A stretch of DNA of 64,000 nucleotides from Candidatus Fermentithermobacillaceae bacterium (GCA_020725645.1 DYEQ01000030.1:2863-66862); one strand, 5' to 3'; positions 1-10,089 are shown, numbered from the stretch's first letter. Notes: generated by a model from the letters alone, not told the origin. Numbers and translations: made by a program.

Positions 1-67
1 TGCTATTCGTTCAGGTCATACTACATGCCAGCCCGTAAGGCCTGCGCCACGTCGACGACGCCGCCAG

Positions 68-96
68 TTGACACTATCACCCGTTTCGTGATAAAG
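68..96 (+). promoter_or_regulatory. Candidate sigma-A promoter for the T-box leader: TTGACA, 17-nt spacer, TGATAAAG.
   Basis: A perfect -35 TTGACA at 68-73 and a TG-extended -10-like ATAAAG about 17 nt downstream, ahead of the T-box leader. This is sequence reading only. Confidence 0.35.
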
Positions 97-149
97 GTTC
101 TGCTAACAACCTCAAAGCGCTGCCCAGCTATGATGAGGAGAAGTACCCT

Positions 150-457
150 GGAACCGGCCGCTCAGAGAGCCCGGGGCCGGTGCGACCGGGACGGCGGTCC
201 AGGAGAAATACACCTCGGAGCTTCCGGTTGAACCCGCGGTTCTGCGGCAGTAGACTCAGGCGGACCTTCCACCGTTACCCGGAAGAGAGCATCGCAGCGG
301 TCCCGGGCCACGTCTCCCGGTGCTACCCGGTCCGGGGGCCGGGTACGTCCGGAGTTCGGGGCAAGACGCTGCCGTGCTTTAGCGAGCGGGCTTCGACCAA
401 TCAGGGTGGTACCGCGGGCACAGCGACCCGTCCCTCAGGGGACGGGCTCTTGTTTTT
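150..457 (+). promoter_or_regulatory. T-box riboswitch leader upstream of the NhaC-family transporter. The specifier candidate is UAC (Tyr).
   Basis: A near-consensus T-box sequence AATCAGGGTGGTACCGCGGG lies at 399-418. A GC-rich hairpin CCCGTCCC-tcag-GGGACGGG followed by a TTGTTTTT tract at 427-457 is the terminator arm. A 5' GA/K-turn-like element TGATGAGGAGAAGTA and an F-box-like CCGTTA are present. A specifier-like GAAAUACA holds UAC at 209-211. There is no coding potential in any frame across 1-540. Confidence 0.75.
425..457 (+). terminator. Intrinsic terminator belonging to the T-box leader.
   Basis: An 8-bp GC stem (427-434 paired with 439-446) with a 4-nt loop and a U-tract at 450-457. 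The T-box sequence lies immediately 5' and could form the competing antiterminator. Confidence 0.7.
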
Positions 458-542
458 AGAGAGCCTCCTTCACCCGGAGCAGGGCCGACAGGTTGGGCAG
501 ACCTTCACGACGGGCTCGGCCCGTCAGAAAGAGGTGAGAGAA

Positions 543-1817
543 GTGATTCAAGAAGACGGATGCTCAAGGAGTTCTCTCCCCGCGGCCTCCGCGGCGGGTG
601 GCGTGACCGCGCGTCCCGGCGGAGCGTATCCCCGGCACCCTTCCACGGCCGCAGCTCTTCTCGTCTTCGGCTCCGTCGTCCTGGTCCTCATCTTCGGCCT
701 GCGACTCGGCGCCGCGTGCTGCCTGGCCTCGGTCGCCACCGGCACATCCTTTGGGACCATAAGCACCGTCGGGCTGGCTCTCATGGGCGTCGGCGAGGCC
801 ATGGGTGTCCCCGCGCGCCTGCTGGCGGGTGCGATTGTATCGGGCGCGTATTTCGGCGACAAAATGTCTCCCCTGTCCGACACGACCAACGTCGCGCCCG
901 CCGTATCCGGCAGCAACATCTACGAACACATAGGTTCGATGGCCTACACCGCGCTGCCGGCCCTGGCGGTCTCCCTCGACGGGTTTCTCTTCCTCGGGAC
1001 GAGTCTCTCACCCGGGACCGCACAGGTCCCGACCGGCCTCCTCAGGGCGGCTCTGCTCGGCACCTTCAGTACCGGCCCCGCCAGGCTCGTGCCCATCATC
1101 CTGCTGGCCGTCCTGTCCATAAAGAAGGTGCCTCCGGTGCCGGCCTTCACGGGCGTGCTGGCGGTCTCTTTTGTGATGGGTCTCCTCACTCAGAAAGCAT
1201 CTCCCGCCTCCCTCGCCAGGGCGATGGTCGCCGGGTACACGGGCGGGTCAGGAAACGCCGTTATGGACAAGCTCCTGACGAGGGGCGGAATGAACTCGAT
1301 GCTCCCGACGGTCTTCCTCATCCTGATGGCGACGGGTATGGGCGGAGTGCTGCGGGATGCCGGCGTCATAAGACGCCTAGTCCGGGCTGTGCTCGTCGCC
1401 GTCCGGTCCACCCGCGGGCTCATTCTGTCGGTCGCCGCCTCCTGCTACCTCACCCTTCTCGCCACCGGAAACCAGATGCTCGCCCTCATCCTGCCCGGCC
1501 AGGCCTTTCGCGAAGCTTTCGCCGAACGGCACGTTCCCGCGAAGATCCTATCGCGAACCCTGGAGGACTGCGGGACTCTGGGAGCGCCTCTCGTGCCCTG
1601 GAGCACCGCGGCCCTTTTCATCAACGACATGCTCAAGGTCCCCGCCGCCCAGTACGCACCGTACGCCCTCTTGAACTGGATAACCCCGCTCGTCGCCGCG
1701 CTCTATGCACTGACCGGGGTGTTCACCGGTGGGTCGTCCTCCCCGCAGCAGCCACGGACTTTGGCGGAAACCGGCGGAGCCCGCCTTTCCGCAGGCTCAG
1801 GGGGGAACAAACAATAG
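543..1817 (+). CDS. NhaC-family transporter (Na+/H+ antiporter NhaC superfamily). It is probably an amino-acid transporter, given the T-box upstream, and is shorter than canonical NhaC at the N-terminus.
   Basis: Conserved NhaC motifs are present: GTSFGTISTVGLALMG, SGAYFGDKMSPLSDTTN and LLTRGGMNSMLPT, plus the C-terminal LVPWSTAALF...YAPYALLNWITP. The in-frame sequence upstream of 543 is the T-box leader and is not hydrophobic. An AAAGAGGTG Shine-Dalgarno precedes a GTG at 543, with an alternative GTG at 534. About 100 N-terminal residues of canonical NhaC are absent. Confidence 0.7.
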   Translation: MIQEDGCSRSSLPAASAAGGVTARPGGAYPRHPSTAAALLVFGSVVLVLIFGLRLGAACCLASVATGTSFGTISTVGLALMGVGEAMGVPARLLAGAIVSGAYFGDKMSPLSDTTNVAPAVSGSNIYEHIGSMAYTALPALAVSLDGFLFLGTSLSPGTAQVPTGLLRAALLGTFSTGPARLVPIILLAVLSIKKVPPVPAFTGVLAVSFVMGLLTQKASPASLARAMVAGYTGGSGNAVMDKLLTRGGMNSMLPTVFLILMATGMGGVLRDAGVIRRLVRAVLVAVRSTRGLILSVAASCYLTLLATGNQMLALILPGQAFREAFAERHVPAKILSRTLEDCGTLGAPLVPWSTAALFINDMLKVPAAQYAPYALLNWITPLVAALYALTGVFTGGSSSPQQPRTLAETGGARLSAGSGGNKQ

Positions 1818-1834
1818 ACAGGGAGGTTTTTAAG

Positions 1835-2809
1835 ATGATCATCGATGTCCACAATCACTTCTATCCCAGGGCGTATCTAGATGAGATCGCCGGGGGGAAA
1901 TGCCGCGCAAAGATGGGACAGGACCAGTCCGGCGATCCGGTCATCTTTTACGAAGGAGATTTCAACATCGTGGACCGGGGCCACAGGGACGCCGGCTTCC
2001 GGCTAGGTGAAATCTCCAGGCACGGCATAGACGTCCAGGTCCTGACCATGACCACGCCCGGGGTTCACATCGAGGAAGAAGGCCGTGGGGTGGAGATGGC
2101 CAGGGCCGTCAACGAGGGGTTCGCCGAGGTGGTCCGGAACACCAGCGGTCGCTTCCAGGCCCTGGCATCTTTGCCGATGCAGGCGCCGGACAGGGCGGCG
2201 CGGGAGCTCGAGCACGCCGTGAAAAACCTGGGACTCAAAGGCGGGACTGTCTTTACGAACATAAACGGCAGGACACTCGATCTCCCCGAATTCGACCCTG
2301 TACTCGAGGTTGCGGAGAAGCTTTCGGTACCTCTCTTCATACATCCGACCACCCCCTACCCGTCCCGGGCGTTTTTAGACTACCGCCTGGTCGCCACCCT
2401 CGGTTTCCCCACCGATACCACCCTGTGCATCGCCAGGCTCATCTTCGCTGGAGTCCTCGACAGGCACCCCGGCCTCAAGATCATCTCGTCGCACCTGGGA
2501 GGAACCCTGCCCTACCTCGCCGAGCGCCTGGACAGGGGTTACCGGGCCTATCCGGAGTGCCGCAAGATAGAGAGAGCGCCTTCGGAGTACCTGAAAGAAA
2601 TATTCTACGACTGCGTCCTTTTCCACAGGGAAACGGTGGAATTCGCCGTGAAGACCATCGGGGCCACCCAGTTCATGGCCGGCAGCGATTATCCGCACCA
2701 GATCGGAAGTCTGGCGGGGGCCGTCCGGCTCGTGGAATCTCTCAGGATACCCGAACAGGAAAAGGAGATGATCCGTAGCGGCAACGCCCGCAGAGTGTTC
2801 GATCTCTAG
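1835..2809 (+). CDS. Amidohydrolase-2 family protein (ACMSD/metal-dependent hydrolase-like).
   Basis: MIIDVHNHFYPRAYLDE at the N-terminus and DYPH near the C-terminus are typical of Amidohydro_2. GGGAGG sits 8 nt upstream of the ATG. The long 560..2809 ORF is an artefact of this frame running through the NhaC gene. Confidence 0.8.
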   Translation: MIIDVHNHFYPRAYLDEIAGGKCRAKMGQDQSGDPVIFYEGDFNIVDRGHRDAGFRLGEISRHGIDVQVLTMTTPGVHIEEEGRGVEMARAVNEGFAEVVRNTSGRFQALASLPMQAPDRAARELEHAVKNLGLKGGTVFTNINGRTLDLPEFDPVLEVAEKLSVPLFIHPTTPYPSRAFLDYRLVATLGFPTDTTLCIARLIFAGVLDRHPGLKIISSHLGGTLPYLAERLDRGYRAYPECRKIERAPSEYLKEIFYDCVLFHRETVEFAVKTIGATQFMAGSDYPHQIGSLAGAVRLVESLRIPEQEKEMIRSGNARRVFDL

Positions 2810-3221
2810 AGCGCGAGGCTGACCCTGAATGTTCGCTGCCGATCGCGGCTTTAAACAAACTATGTCTTACCCGTCCCGGCGGGCACGGACCCAACGAGCC
2901 CCCCCCGGACTCTTTATCCGGGGGTCTAACCTTTTGTCACCAGGTCGGCTACGGTCGTCTTCGCCATCACAACTTCCAGGTTTCTTTGAGCCTGAGACCA
3001 CACCGGCAGAAGCGGGCAGCGTTCTTTGCGGTCACAGGGATAAGCCCGGGCCAGACATTCTTTCACGCGTTGCTGTTGCATCAAAGGACCGGGTATTTCG
3101 TAATTGAAGCATAGGAGGGTATGATGAACGTACCGCACAGACCGGCGTTGTGGGATACTCCTGGGCAGGAAGTTTTTGATAACGGTGATGACACACGTAA
3201 TCGTGTAAAGGGGTTTTTCCA

Positions 3222-4121
3222 TTGATCTGCTGTTTTGTTGCTCTGGCGGTTCTGACTCTGGCTGCCCTTTTCCTGGTGTACCGGGAGACCAGGTGGCCGC
3301 GACTGACTGTCATACAGGTCGGTGACCCGGATGATTCCGGAGAGCCCGTCGTCATCCTGCACCTTGCGGACCTTCACGGACAGCTTTTCGGCAAAGACCA
3401 GGAGCACATCAGGAATTTGATCACTGGAAAGGAGGTGGACCTGGTGGTTCTCACCGGCGACCTCGTCGATGAACATACTACTTCCATAGAGCCCCTGAAC
3501 TCCTTGCTCGAATGCCTCCCGGAAGCACCGAGGTTTTTCGTCCCCGGAAATCACGACAAGATATCTCCGGTAACTCGGGAGCTGTATGCCTCGTTGTCCA
3601 AGTACGGCGTGACAATCCTCGACAACAAGAAAGTTAGTTTGAGTAAGAAAGGCAAGCGCGTCTCCGTCGTAGGCCTGGACGATCCCTATCTGGGCACCCC
3701 GGATCCTGAACTCTTGACCGGCCACGGGGCCAGCGAAGGCGAGCTATCGATCCTTCTCTGTCATGCTCCAACCTTCGGCAATCGAGCCGTAGCACAATTC
3801 AAAGACACATGGGATAGCTGTAACAAGGAAGTGACGACTTCGCAAAAACCCCGGTTCACATCCGGTTCTGTTCTCGAACTCGCTTCGAGACACGGCTTCG
3901 ATCTTGTGCTGGCTGGCCACACCCACGGCGGCCAAATAAAAATCCCTGGATTAGGTGCGGTTTTTGTCCCCGGGCAAGGTTTCCATCCTAAATACGTAGA
4001 AGGCGTGTATCGCAGCGGGTCTACTGCGATGTTCATCACCAGAGGTCTCGGAACATCAAGACTGCCTGTGAGGCTGCTTTCCCGGCCCGAAGTAGCTATC
4101 ATCAGGTGGTTTACGCCTTGA
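3222..4121 (+). CDS. Membrane-anchored metallophosphoesterase (calcineurin-like phosphoesterase, YkuE-like).
   Basis: An N-terminal TM segment, then the GDLVDE, VPGNHD and GHTHGGQ metallophosphoesterase motifs. Confidence 0.8.
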   Translation: MICCFVALAVLTLAALFLVYRETRWPRLTVIQVGDPDDSGEPVVILHLADLHGQLFGKDQEHIRNLITGKEVDLVVLTGDLVDEHTTSIEPLNSLLECLPEAPRFFVPGNHDKISPVTRELYASLSKYGVTILDNKKVSLSKKGKRVSVVGLDDPYLGTPDPELLTGHGASEGELSILLCHAPTFGNRAVAQFKDTWDSCNKEVTTSQKPRFTSGSVLELASRHGFDLVLAGHTHGGQIKIPGLGAVFVPGQGFHPKYVEGVYRSGSTAMFITRGLGTSRLPVRLLSRPEVAIIRWFTP

Positions 4122-4151
4122 ATCTCTTCGCCCGCGCCCAACCCTTCGTGT

Positions 4152-4493
4152 TTGAAGCGGTCTCGGCCGCGACAAAACGTGTCTTTTTGCCCGCGGGCAC
4201 CTCAGGCGGGGTCCATGCTTAGGGGTTCGAACTTCGGAGGCGAGATCATCCCCGGAGGTGAAATTGGAATCTACGCTGCCGGCTGGGCGGTAGACCCCCG
4301 AGCGGCAAAGGTAGTACTCGTGCGTGGCGATGGTGAAGAGTTCAGCTGTGCCGTAAAGAACGGCTTCTGGTGGACGGGACCTCACAAGTGGGGAAATTAC
4401 TTTCCTGACAAGGCTATCGTATACGATGAATCCGGCAAAGTTCTATACGAGGGAGTTTTTCCTCCCCGACTTAAGGAGAGCCCGTGGCGCTAG
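4152..4493 (+). CDS. Hypothetical small protein. The start may be the internal Met, MLRGSNFGG.
   Basis: The ORF has plausible codon usage and is followed about 45 nt downstream by a strong hairpin (stem GAGGGCGGT / ACCGCCCTC at about 4538-4566). No recognisable family. Confidence 0.3.
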   Translation: MKRSRPRQNVSFCPRAPQAGSMLRGSNFGGEIIPGGEIGIYAAGWAVDPRAAKVVLVRGDGEEFSCAVKNGFWWTGPHKWGNYFPDKAIVYDESGKVLYEGVFPPRLKESPWR

Positions 4494-5033
4494 AGATGAG
4501 TCTGTCCAGCCGTCCTTCGAATAACCGTCTCCGCGTCGAGGGCGGTCTTTCGGCGGAACCGCCCTCACTTCTAACTCAACCTCTTGCCCCACCGGTACCG
4601 GCTCACTCAGATCCTGGTTGATGGATGAGAGAACCAGTGATGCCTTTTTCCATGGGTGCACTGCTTTCGTGGGTTGCGTTGCTTTCTCACAAACCACAAT
4701 TGGATGTGCCTCCGCGATTTCCTACCTCACCCTACCCCAGGTGCTCTTATTGCTTCGGATGGAGAGTCCCACAGTTTCTAATCTAGAGCCGGTACACCCG
4801 ACCCCAGGGAACACTCACGCGCTCACCTCGCCGGGTCGCTTTTGCTATAATTGATGCAGTTTTAATAGGACCGATTCGGATCACATCCTGGACGACATTG
4901 CAGCCGGGCGGGAGTGGCAGGCGCGGCGCGAATTCCAAGCGAGCAAGAAGCGAACAAGCACGCTAAACCGGCGAGCCCGGCAGCGACGCCCGAAAGGTTT
5001 TGGATTCATTACCGCTGATGGGGTGGGTCTTCA

Positions 5034-6710
5034 ATGCCAGAAAACTTCATCCAGGACATCATCACCGAGGATCTCAAAGAGGGCAAATACGGCGGACGGG
5101 TACAAACCAGGTTCCCGCCGGAGCCCAACGGCTATCTTCACATAGGTCATGCCAAGTCGATATGCTTGAACTTCGGACTCGCCCAAGCCAACGGCGGGCT
5201 CTGCAACTTGAGGTTTGACGACACGAACCCGACCAAGGAGGATGTCGAGTACGTGGAGTCGATCAAGGAAGACGTCCGCTGGCTCGGATTCGACTGGGAT
5301 GACCGTTGCTATTACGCCTCGGATTACTTCGAAGAGCTTTACGAATTCGCCATTCAGCTCATCAAGGCAGGCAAAGCTTACGTTTGCGACCTCAGTCCTG
5401 AGGAAATCAAGGAGTACCGCGGTACGCTCACTGAGCCCGGTAAAGAGAGCCCGTATCGCAACCGCTCCGTGGAAGAAAACCTGGACCTCTTTCGACGGAT
5501 GCGGGCAGGCGAGTTCCCGGATGGATCACGGACGCTCAGAGCGAAGATCGATATGGCATCGCCCAACCTCAACATGAGGGATCCTGTGCTCTACAGGATA
5601 ATCCATGCCCCGCATCACCGGACGGGCGACAAATGGTGCATTTACCCTATGTACGACTTCGCGCACCCGTTGTCAGACGCCATAGAACAAATAACGCATT
5701 CCATCTGTACGCTGGAGTTCGCAGACCACCGGCCGCTTTACGATTGGCTCATAGAAAACGTGGACTTCTCCAAATACGGACCGGTCAAGCCAAAGCAAAT
5801 CGAGTTCGCCCGGTTGAACCTGACCCACACCGTCATGAGCAAACGGAAGCTAAGGCAGCTCGTAGAGCGCGGCTACGTCTCGGGATGGGATGACCCGCGA
5901 ATGCCCACCATTTCGGGCCTTAGAAGACGCGGCTGCACGCCGGAGGCTATCCGCGACTTCTGCGAGCGCATCGGCGTAGCCAAGAGAAACAGTATCGTAG
6001 ATATCGCCCTTCTCGAACATTGCGTGAGGGAAGACCTGAACAAGCGAGCACCCAGGGTGATGGCCGTACTGCGACCGCTTCGGGTGGTCATCGATAACTA
6101 CCCCGATGACCAGGTTGAATGGCTTGAGGCCGAAAACAACCCAGAGAAGCCGGAGATGGGGACGCGACGCGTGCCGTTGTCCAAGGTCATCTACATCGAG
6201 CAGGACGATTTTATGGAGAACCCACCGAAGAAGTTTTACCGCTTAGCTCCAGGACGGGAAGTCCGTCTCAAGAACGCGTACATCATCAGGTGCGACCGCG
6301 TGGTTAAAGACGAACACACGGGCCAGGTAACCGAGCTACACTGCACCTACGACCCGGATACGAAGAGCGGTAGCCCCGGCGCTAACCGAAAGGTAAAAGT
6401 CACCCTGCACTGGGTTTCCGCGGCTCACGCCGTCCCCGCAGAGGTTCGTCTCTACGACCACCTGTTCCTTAGTGAAAATCCCGATGAACGCGAAGATTTC
6501 ATGAGCGATCTCAACCCGAATTCACTGGAACGGCTGGAATCGTGCATGATCGAGCCGTCCGTGGCAGGAGCACCGCCCGGGACCCGCTACCAGTTCCTGA
6601 GGCAGGGGTACTTCTGCGTCGACCCGGATTCAGCCCCGGAGAAACTCGTCTTCAACCGGATAGTGACTCTGAAGGACGAGTGGGCCAAGGTGGCTGGCTC
6701 GGGCACATGA
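5034..6710 (+). CDS. glnS: Glutaminyl-tRNA synthetase.
   Basis: The class I HIGH motif is present ([12 protein letters not shown]) along with KMSKS-type VMSKR. The length and the anticodon-binding C-terminus are typical of GlnRS. An extended -10 TGcTATAAT lies at about 4843-4851 upstream. Confidence 0.93.
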   Translation: MPENFIQDIITEDLKEGKYGGRVQTRFPPEPNGYLHIGHAKSICLNFGLAQANGGLCNLRFDDTNPTKEDVEYVESIKEDVRWLGFDWDDRCYYASDYFEELYEFAIQLIKAGKAYVCDLSPEEIKEYRGTLTEPGKESPYRNRSVEENLDLFRRMRAGEFPDGSRTLRAKIDMASPNLNMRDPVLYRIIHAPHHRTGDKWCIYPMYDFAHPLSDAIEQITHSICTLEFADHRPLYDWLIENVDFSKYGPVKPKQIEFARLNLTHTVMSKRKLRQLVERGYVSGWDDPRMPTISGLRRRGCTPEAIRDFCERIGVAKRNSIVDIALLEHCVREDLNKRAPRVMAVLRPLRVVIDNYPDDQVEWLEAENNPEKPEMGTRRVPLSKVIYIEQDDFMENPPKKFYRLAPGREVRLKNAYIIRCDRVVKDEHTGQVTELHCTYDPDTKSGSPGANRKVKVTLHWVSAAHAVPAEVRLYDHLFLSENPDEREDFMSDLNPNSLERLESCMIEPSVAGAPPGTRYQFLRQGYFCVDPDSAPEKLVFNRIVTLKDEWAKVAGSGT

Positions 6711-7609
6711 AGAGGAAGAATACTTCATGGGGACACGTCGCACACTGGTACAATGCCCTTCTCAAAGAGGAGGGTACATACCAGAAAGAAGTCATTCTAC
6801 CCAACCTGCTGAGGCTGATGGATTTAAAAGCCGACGAAATCGTTCTCGACCTTGCCTGCGGCCAGGGCTTTTTCACCAGGGAGTTCGCGAAGTTCGCCGC
6901 GAAAGCGATCGGCGTAGACATTTCCCCGGAACTCATCGCCATCGCCCGGGAACTGTCCGGCCACGGGCAGTCACCCTCGCACGGATCTATCTCCCACCCA
7001 TCGAGAGACGCGCAACGAGAATCCCCTTTTCGCTCGAGTCCCGGCGGCGGTAACCGCGCTCGACCCGTCAGGCCCAAAGAAGGGGCTTTTACCGGAGGTC
7101 AAATCGAATATGTAGTGTCCTCGGCGGATAATCTCGACTTTCTCCCCGCAGAAAGCGTGGATAAAGCGGCGTTGGTCCTCGCTCTCGGAAACATCGAGAA
7201 CGTGAGAGGCGTTTTCATCGAATTGAGGCGGGTCCTTCGACCACCGGGAGCGGTATACATCGTCCTCAACCATCCGGCTTTCAGGATTCCGCGGATGTCG
7301 AGCTGGGGCTGGGACGAGAAAGCCAGGATCCTGTACAGGCGGCTAGACCGGTACATGTCTGAATCGATGTGCAACATCCAGGTGCACCCCGGATCTCGGC
7401 CTCACGTGTACACCATCACCTTTCACAGGCCGCTGCAGTGGTACTTCAAACACCTTGCCAACTGCGGGTTCTGCGTCACCCGATTGGAAGAGTGGATCTC
7501 AAACAGGAAAAGCCAGCCCGGACCGAGAGCTGAAGCGGAAAACACCGCGAGAAAGGAGTTTCCGCTGTTCCTGTTCATCGAAGCTCGACCCTTCCCGTCG
7601 CAACGATGA
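6707..7609 (+). CDS. Class I SAM-dependent methyltransferase.
   Basis: The Rossmann motif [11 protein letters not shown] is present. The ATG overlaps the glnS stop as ATGA. A low-complexity insertion ([36 protein letters not shown]) sits between methyltransferase motifs I and II. Confidence 0.75.
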   Translation: MKRKNTSWGHVAHWYNALLKEEGTYQKEVILPNLLRLMDLKADEIVLDLACGQGFFTREFAKFAAKAIGVDISPELIAIARELSGHGQSPSHGSISHPSRDAQRESPFRSSPGGGNRARPVRPKEGAFTGGQIEYVVSSADNLDFLPAESVDKAALVLALGNIENVRGVFIELRRVLRPPGAVYIVLNHPAFRIPRMSSWGWDEKARILYRRLDRYMSESMCNIQVHPGSRPHVYTITFHRPLQWYFKHLANCGFCVTRLEEWISNRKSQPGPRAEAENTARKEFPLFLFIEARPFPSQR

Positions 7610-7832
7610 TGGCAAGATGTTGCGGTACCGCGTCTTCCGGTAGCGGAAAGGCGAGGCACGGCACCGGCGACGGCGAGCCGCCGGTTTGCGGGCATCACAA
7701 AACACGGTTTAAGGGCGAAGATAACGGCAAATCCGGCGAGGCACCCTCTCTCTGACGGTTTACTGCGACAGCGTGCAGCTATACAATGACAGTGGACTTA
7801 GTGAACGTTTTCACTATGGGAGTGGAGGCTCC

Positions 7833-8081
7833 GTGATCACCATCGAAGTGTGCCTGGGAAGCTCCTGCTTTCTGAAGGGCGCCGGTGAGGTGGTACAGGC
7901 ATTTCAGAAACTCGCCGAGTCGCTCCCCCCTGGTAAGGTCGACATCAGGGGGAGTTTCTGCATGGGCAGGTGCCAGGAAGGTGTTACGGTCAGAATAGGC
8001 GACCGTTACTTCACGGGGATTCGAGCTTCGGATGTCCCAGGGATTTTCGATGAGTTCGTGAGACAGGAAGTGTCTCCATAA
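7833..8081 (+). CDS. Thioredoxin-like [2Fe-2S] ferredoxin (NuoE/HndA-like small protein), the first gene of the sensory-hydrogenase module.
   Basis: The Cys pattern is C-x4-C ... C-x3-C (CLGSSC ... CMGRC). GGGAGTGGAGG precedes GTG 7833; the ORF-track start is ATG 7773 in the same frame. Confidence 0.6.
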   Translation: MITIEVCLGSSCFLKGAGEVVQAFQKLAESLPPGKVDIRGSFCMGRCQEGVTVRIGDRYFTGIRASDVPGIFDEFVRQEVSP

Positions 8082-8198
8082 AACCTTCCGGAAGGAGAGC
8101 TACTTCTCTCGACGACCCCTTTGTCGGAGGAGCTACTTCTCCCGGTAGTCCTTCCGGTGGGTTCAGCGGCGCTAAGGAGGCGCTAAGGAGCGGATGAA

Positions 8199-9944
8199 AT
8201 GCCCGTCATAGAAACGATAAAAGCAAGATGCAGAGACTGTTACAAGTGTCTTAGAGAATGCCCGGTGAAAGCCATAAGGGTCAACAAGGGAGAGACTGAC
8301 AAAGACCTCTATCTAACCGTCGAAGAGGAAACCTGCGTATTCTGCGGAAAGTGCGTCACCGTGTGCCCACAAAAGGCGAAACGCCCGTCGGATGACGCCG
8401 GATTCGTTAAGGCCCTCGTAAAGCGAGGACCGGTGATAGCTGAGGTTGCGCCGTCGTTTGTAGCTTCCCTGCCTTTCGATGACGCCACCGTGTTCCCTGC
8501 CCTCCTCAGGAAGCTCGGCTTTTCCGCCGTGTGCGAGACTGCTTTCGGTGCCGAGCTCGTAGCCCGAGCTCACGCCCGCTTCTTCCAGCGCAACGGCCGG
8601 AAAGTCATTGCCACGGCATGCCCCGCGGTGGTCAACCTGGTGGAGAAACACTTCCCTGAAGTTATCCCATATCTCGCCCCCGTAGCTTCTCCGATGATCG
8701 TGATGGGGCGGTACCTGAAGTCGATGTATCCCGGCGCCCGCGTCGTCTTCATCGGACCCTGTGTCGCAAAGAAAGATGAGATCCGCCGCAGCGAAAACAC
8801 GGACGCCGTGGATGTCGTCCTGACGTACCGTGAGATCCTCGACTGGGCGACCAGCCTTGGCATCGAATCCGACTCCCTTCCCAAGGAACTTTTCGATCCT
8901 CCGGTGCCGGGCCGTGCACGTCTCTTCCCGGCCGAAGGCGGCCTTTTAAGCTCCGCCCGGATCGTAGAGGACTGGATGTCCCCCCGGGTTGCTCTAGTGT
9001 CGGGTATGGACCGCTGCATGGACGCTCTCAGGCACTTCGTCCAGGGCGAACCCGGACCGGATCTCGTGGAAATGATGGCGTGCCCCGGCGGGTGTCTCGC
9101 AGGGCCAGTGGTTGAAAATGACCTCGACCTCGTATCCAGGCGAAGAAAGCTCATAGAGTATTACGCATCAGCCGGCGTTGAAACCCCACCGGCCTTGGAC
9201 GGCCAGCTGGAAACCGGTGACGAGGTCTTCAAGCTCACCCGGACGGCCTTTCAGAACAGAAAGGCCCGGTGGGACGACGTACCGGAAGAGGAAATCCGCC
9301 GGATACTGGCGATAACCGGGAAGCTGCGACCGGAAGATGAACTCAATTGCGGTGCGTGCGGATTTCCCAGCTGCCGCGAGAAAGCTAAGGCTTGTTACAG
9401 AGGCCTTGCCGACCCCACGCTGTGCATTCCGTTCATGAGAGAGAAGGCCGAGTCTATGGCGACACTGGTCGTCGAGTCCGTGCCTAATGGGATAGTGGTC
9501 ATGGCCGAGGACGGAAGTATCCTGGATTTGAACCCAGCAGCTCAGACGGTGCTGGGCGTATCGAGAAAAGAGGCGGTCAAGCAGCACGCCAGAAATGTGC
9601 TGGGAGATGATCTCTTCCTGAAGGTGTGGACCAACGGGGAGAAAGCTACCCATGCCACCGGGGAAGTGAACTCGAGGTTCGTTGAAATCACCTCGTTCTG
9701 GGAGCCAGCTCAGCGGGTGGTGGTGGCGATCTTCACCGACCGAACCCGGGAGCATCAGGAGTCCGAAGAGCTGAGGCGTGTTCGGGAGGAAACCGCCAGG
9801 CGGGTGGAACAGGTCATCGACCGCCAGATGACCGTGGTCCAGAAGATCGCCGGGCTGCTCGGGGAGACCGTTGCGGAGACCAGAGGTTCGCTGAGCCAGC
9901 TCTTAAACCTCATCAAGCAACCGGAGGAAGAATCGGAGAAGTGA
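8199..9944 (+). CDS. hydS: Sensory-type [FeFe] hydrogenase (HydS/HfsB-like, group C) with a C-terminal PAS domain.
   Basis: Two N-terminal 4Fe-4S ferredoxin motifs (CRDCYKCLRECP, CVFCGKCVTVCP) precede an H-cluster domain. The L1 motif is degenerate (ATACP instead of TSCCP), L2 is GPCVAKKDE and L3 is MACPGGC. The C-terminal roughly 170 aa resemble a PAS domain. A duplicated GCGCTAAGGAG Shine-Dalgarno lies upstream. Confidence 0.85.
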   Translation: MPVIETIKARCRDCYKCLRECPVKAIRVNKGETDKDLYLTVEEETCVFCGKCVTVCPQKAKRPSDDAGFVKALVKRGPVIAEVAPSFVASLPFDDATVFPALLRKLGFSAVCETAFGAELVARAHARFFQRNGRKVIATACPAVVNLVEKHFPEVIPYLAPVASPMIVMGRYLKSMYPGARVVFIGPCVAKKDEIRRSENTDAVDVVLTYREILDWATSLGIESDSLPKELFDPPVPGRARLFPAEGGLLSSARIVEDWMSPRVALVSGMDRCMDALRHFVQGEPGPDLVEMMACPGGCLAGPVVENDLDLVSRRRKLIEYYASAGVETPPALDGQLETGDEVFKLTRTAFQNRKARWDDVPEEEIRRILAITGKLRPEDELNCGACGFPSCREKAKACYRGLADPTLCIPFMREKAESMATLVVESVPNGIVVMAEDGSILDLNPAAQTVLGVSRKEAVKQHARNVLGDDLFLKVWTNGEKATHATGEVNSRFVEITSFWEPAQRVVVAIFTDRTREHQESEELRRVREETARRVEQVIDRQMTVVQKIAGLLGETVAETRGSLSQLLNLIKQPEEESEK

Positions 9945-10089
9945 AAGCCGCGATTGGGAGACAGGTGGGGCTCAGGGCAAGAGAATGGTCGCTAAGAGAG
10001 AACTGCCGGGGTATCTGAGTCTGACCTCTGACCCTTCAGGCGTGTTTCCTTGTGGTCGAGGATGGGCAAGGAAAGGAGCGCACAAATAG

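Noticed and set aside
1-540. The GC-rich structured-looking region at the window start, first considered as RNase P RNA, SRP RNA or tmRNA.
   Set aside because: No conserved RNase P motif (GGAAAGUCCGG, AGGGUGAAA), SRP motif or tmRNA motif is present. The region matches a T-box leader instead: a consensus T-box sequence, a terminator and an F-box.
560-1834. The N-terminal 425 aa of the 749-aa ORF at 560..2809 (Arg-rich).
   Set aside because: It is an out-of-frame overlay of the NhaC transporter gene on a GC-rich sequence. The real amidohydrolase gene starts at ATG 1835 with its own RBS.
3081-3725. The 214-aa minus-strand ORF overlapping the metallophosphoesterase gene.
   Set aside because: It is antisense to a well-supported CDS with clear motifs and has no recognisable family. 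It is the usual GC-rich antisense artefact.
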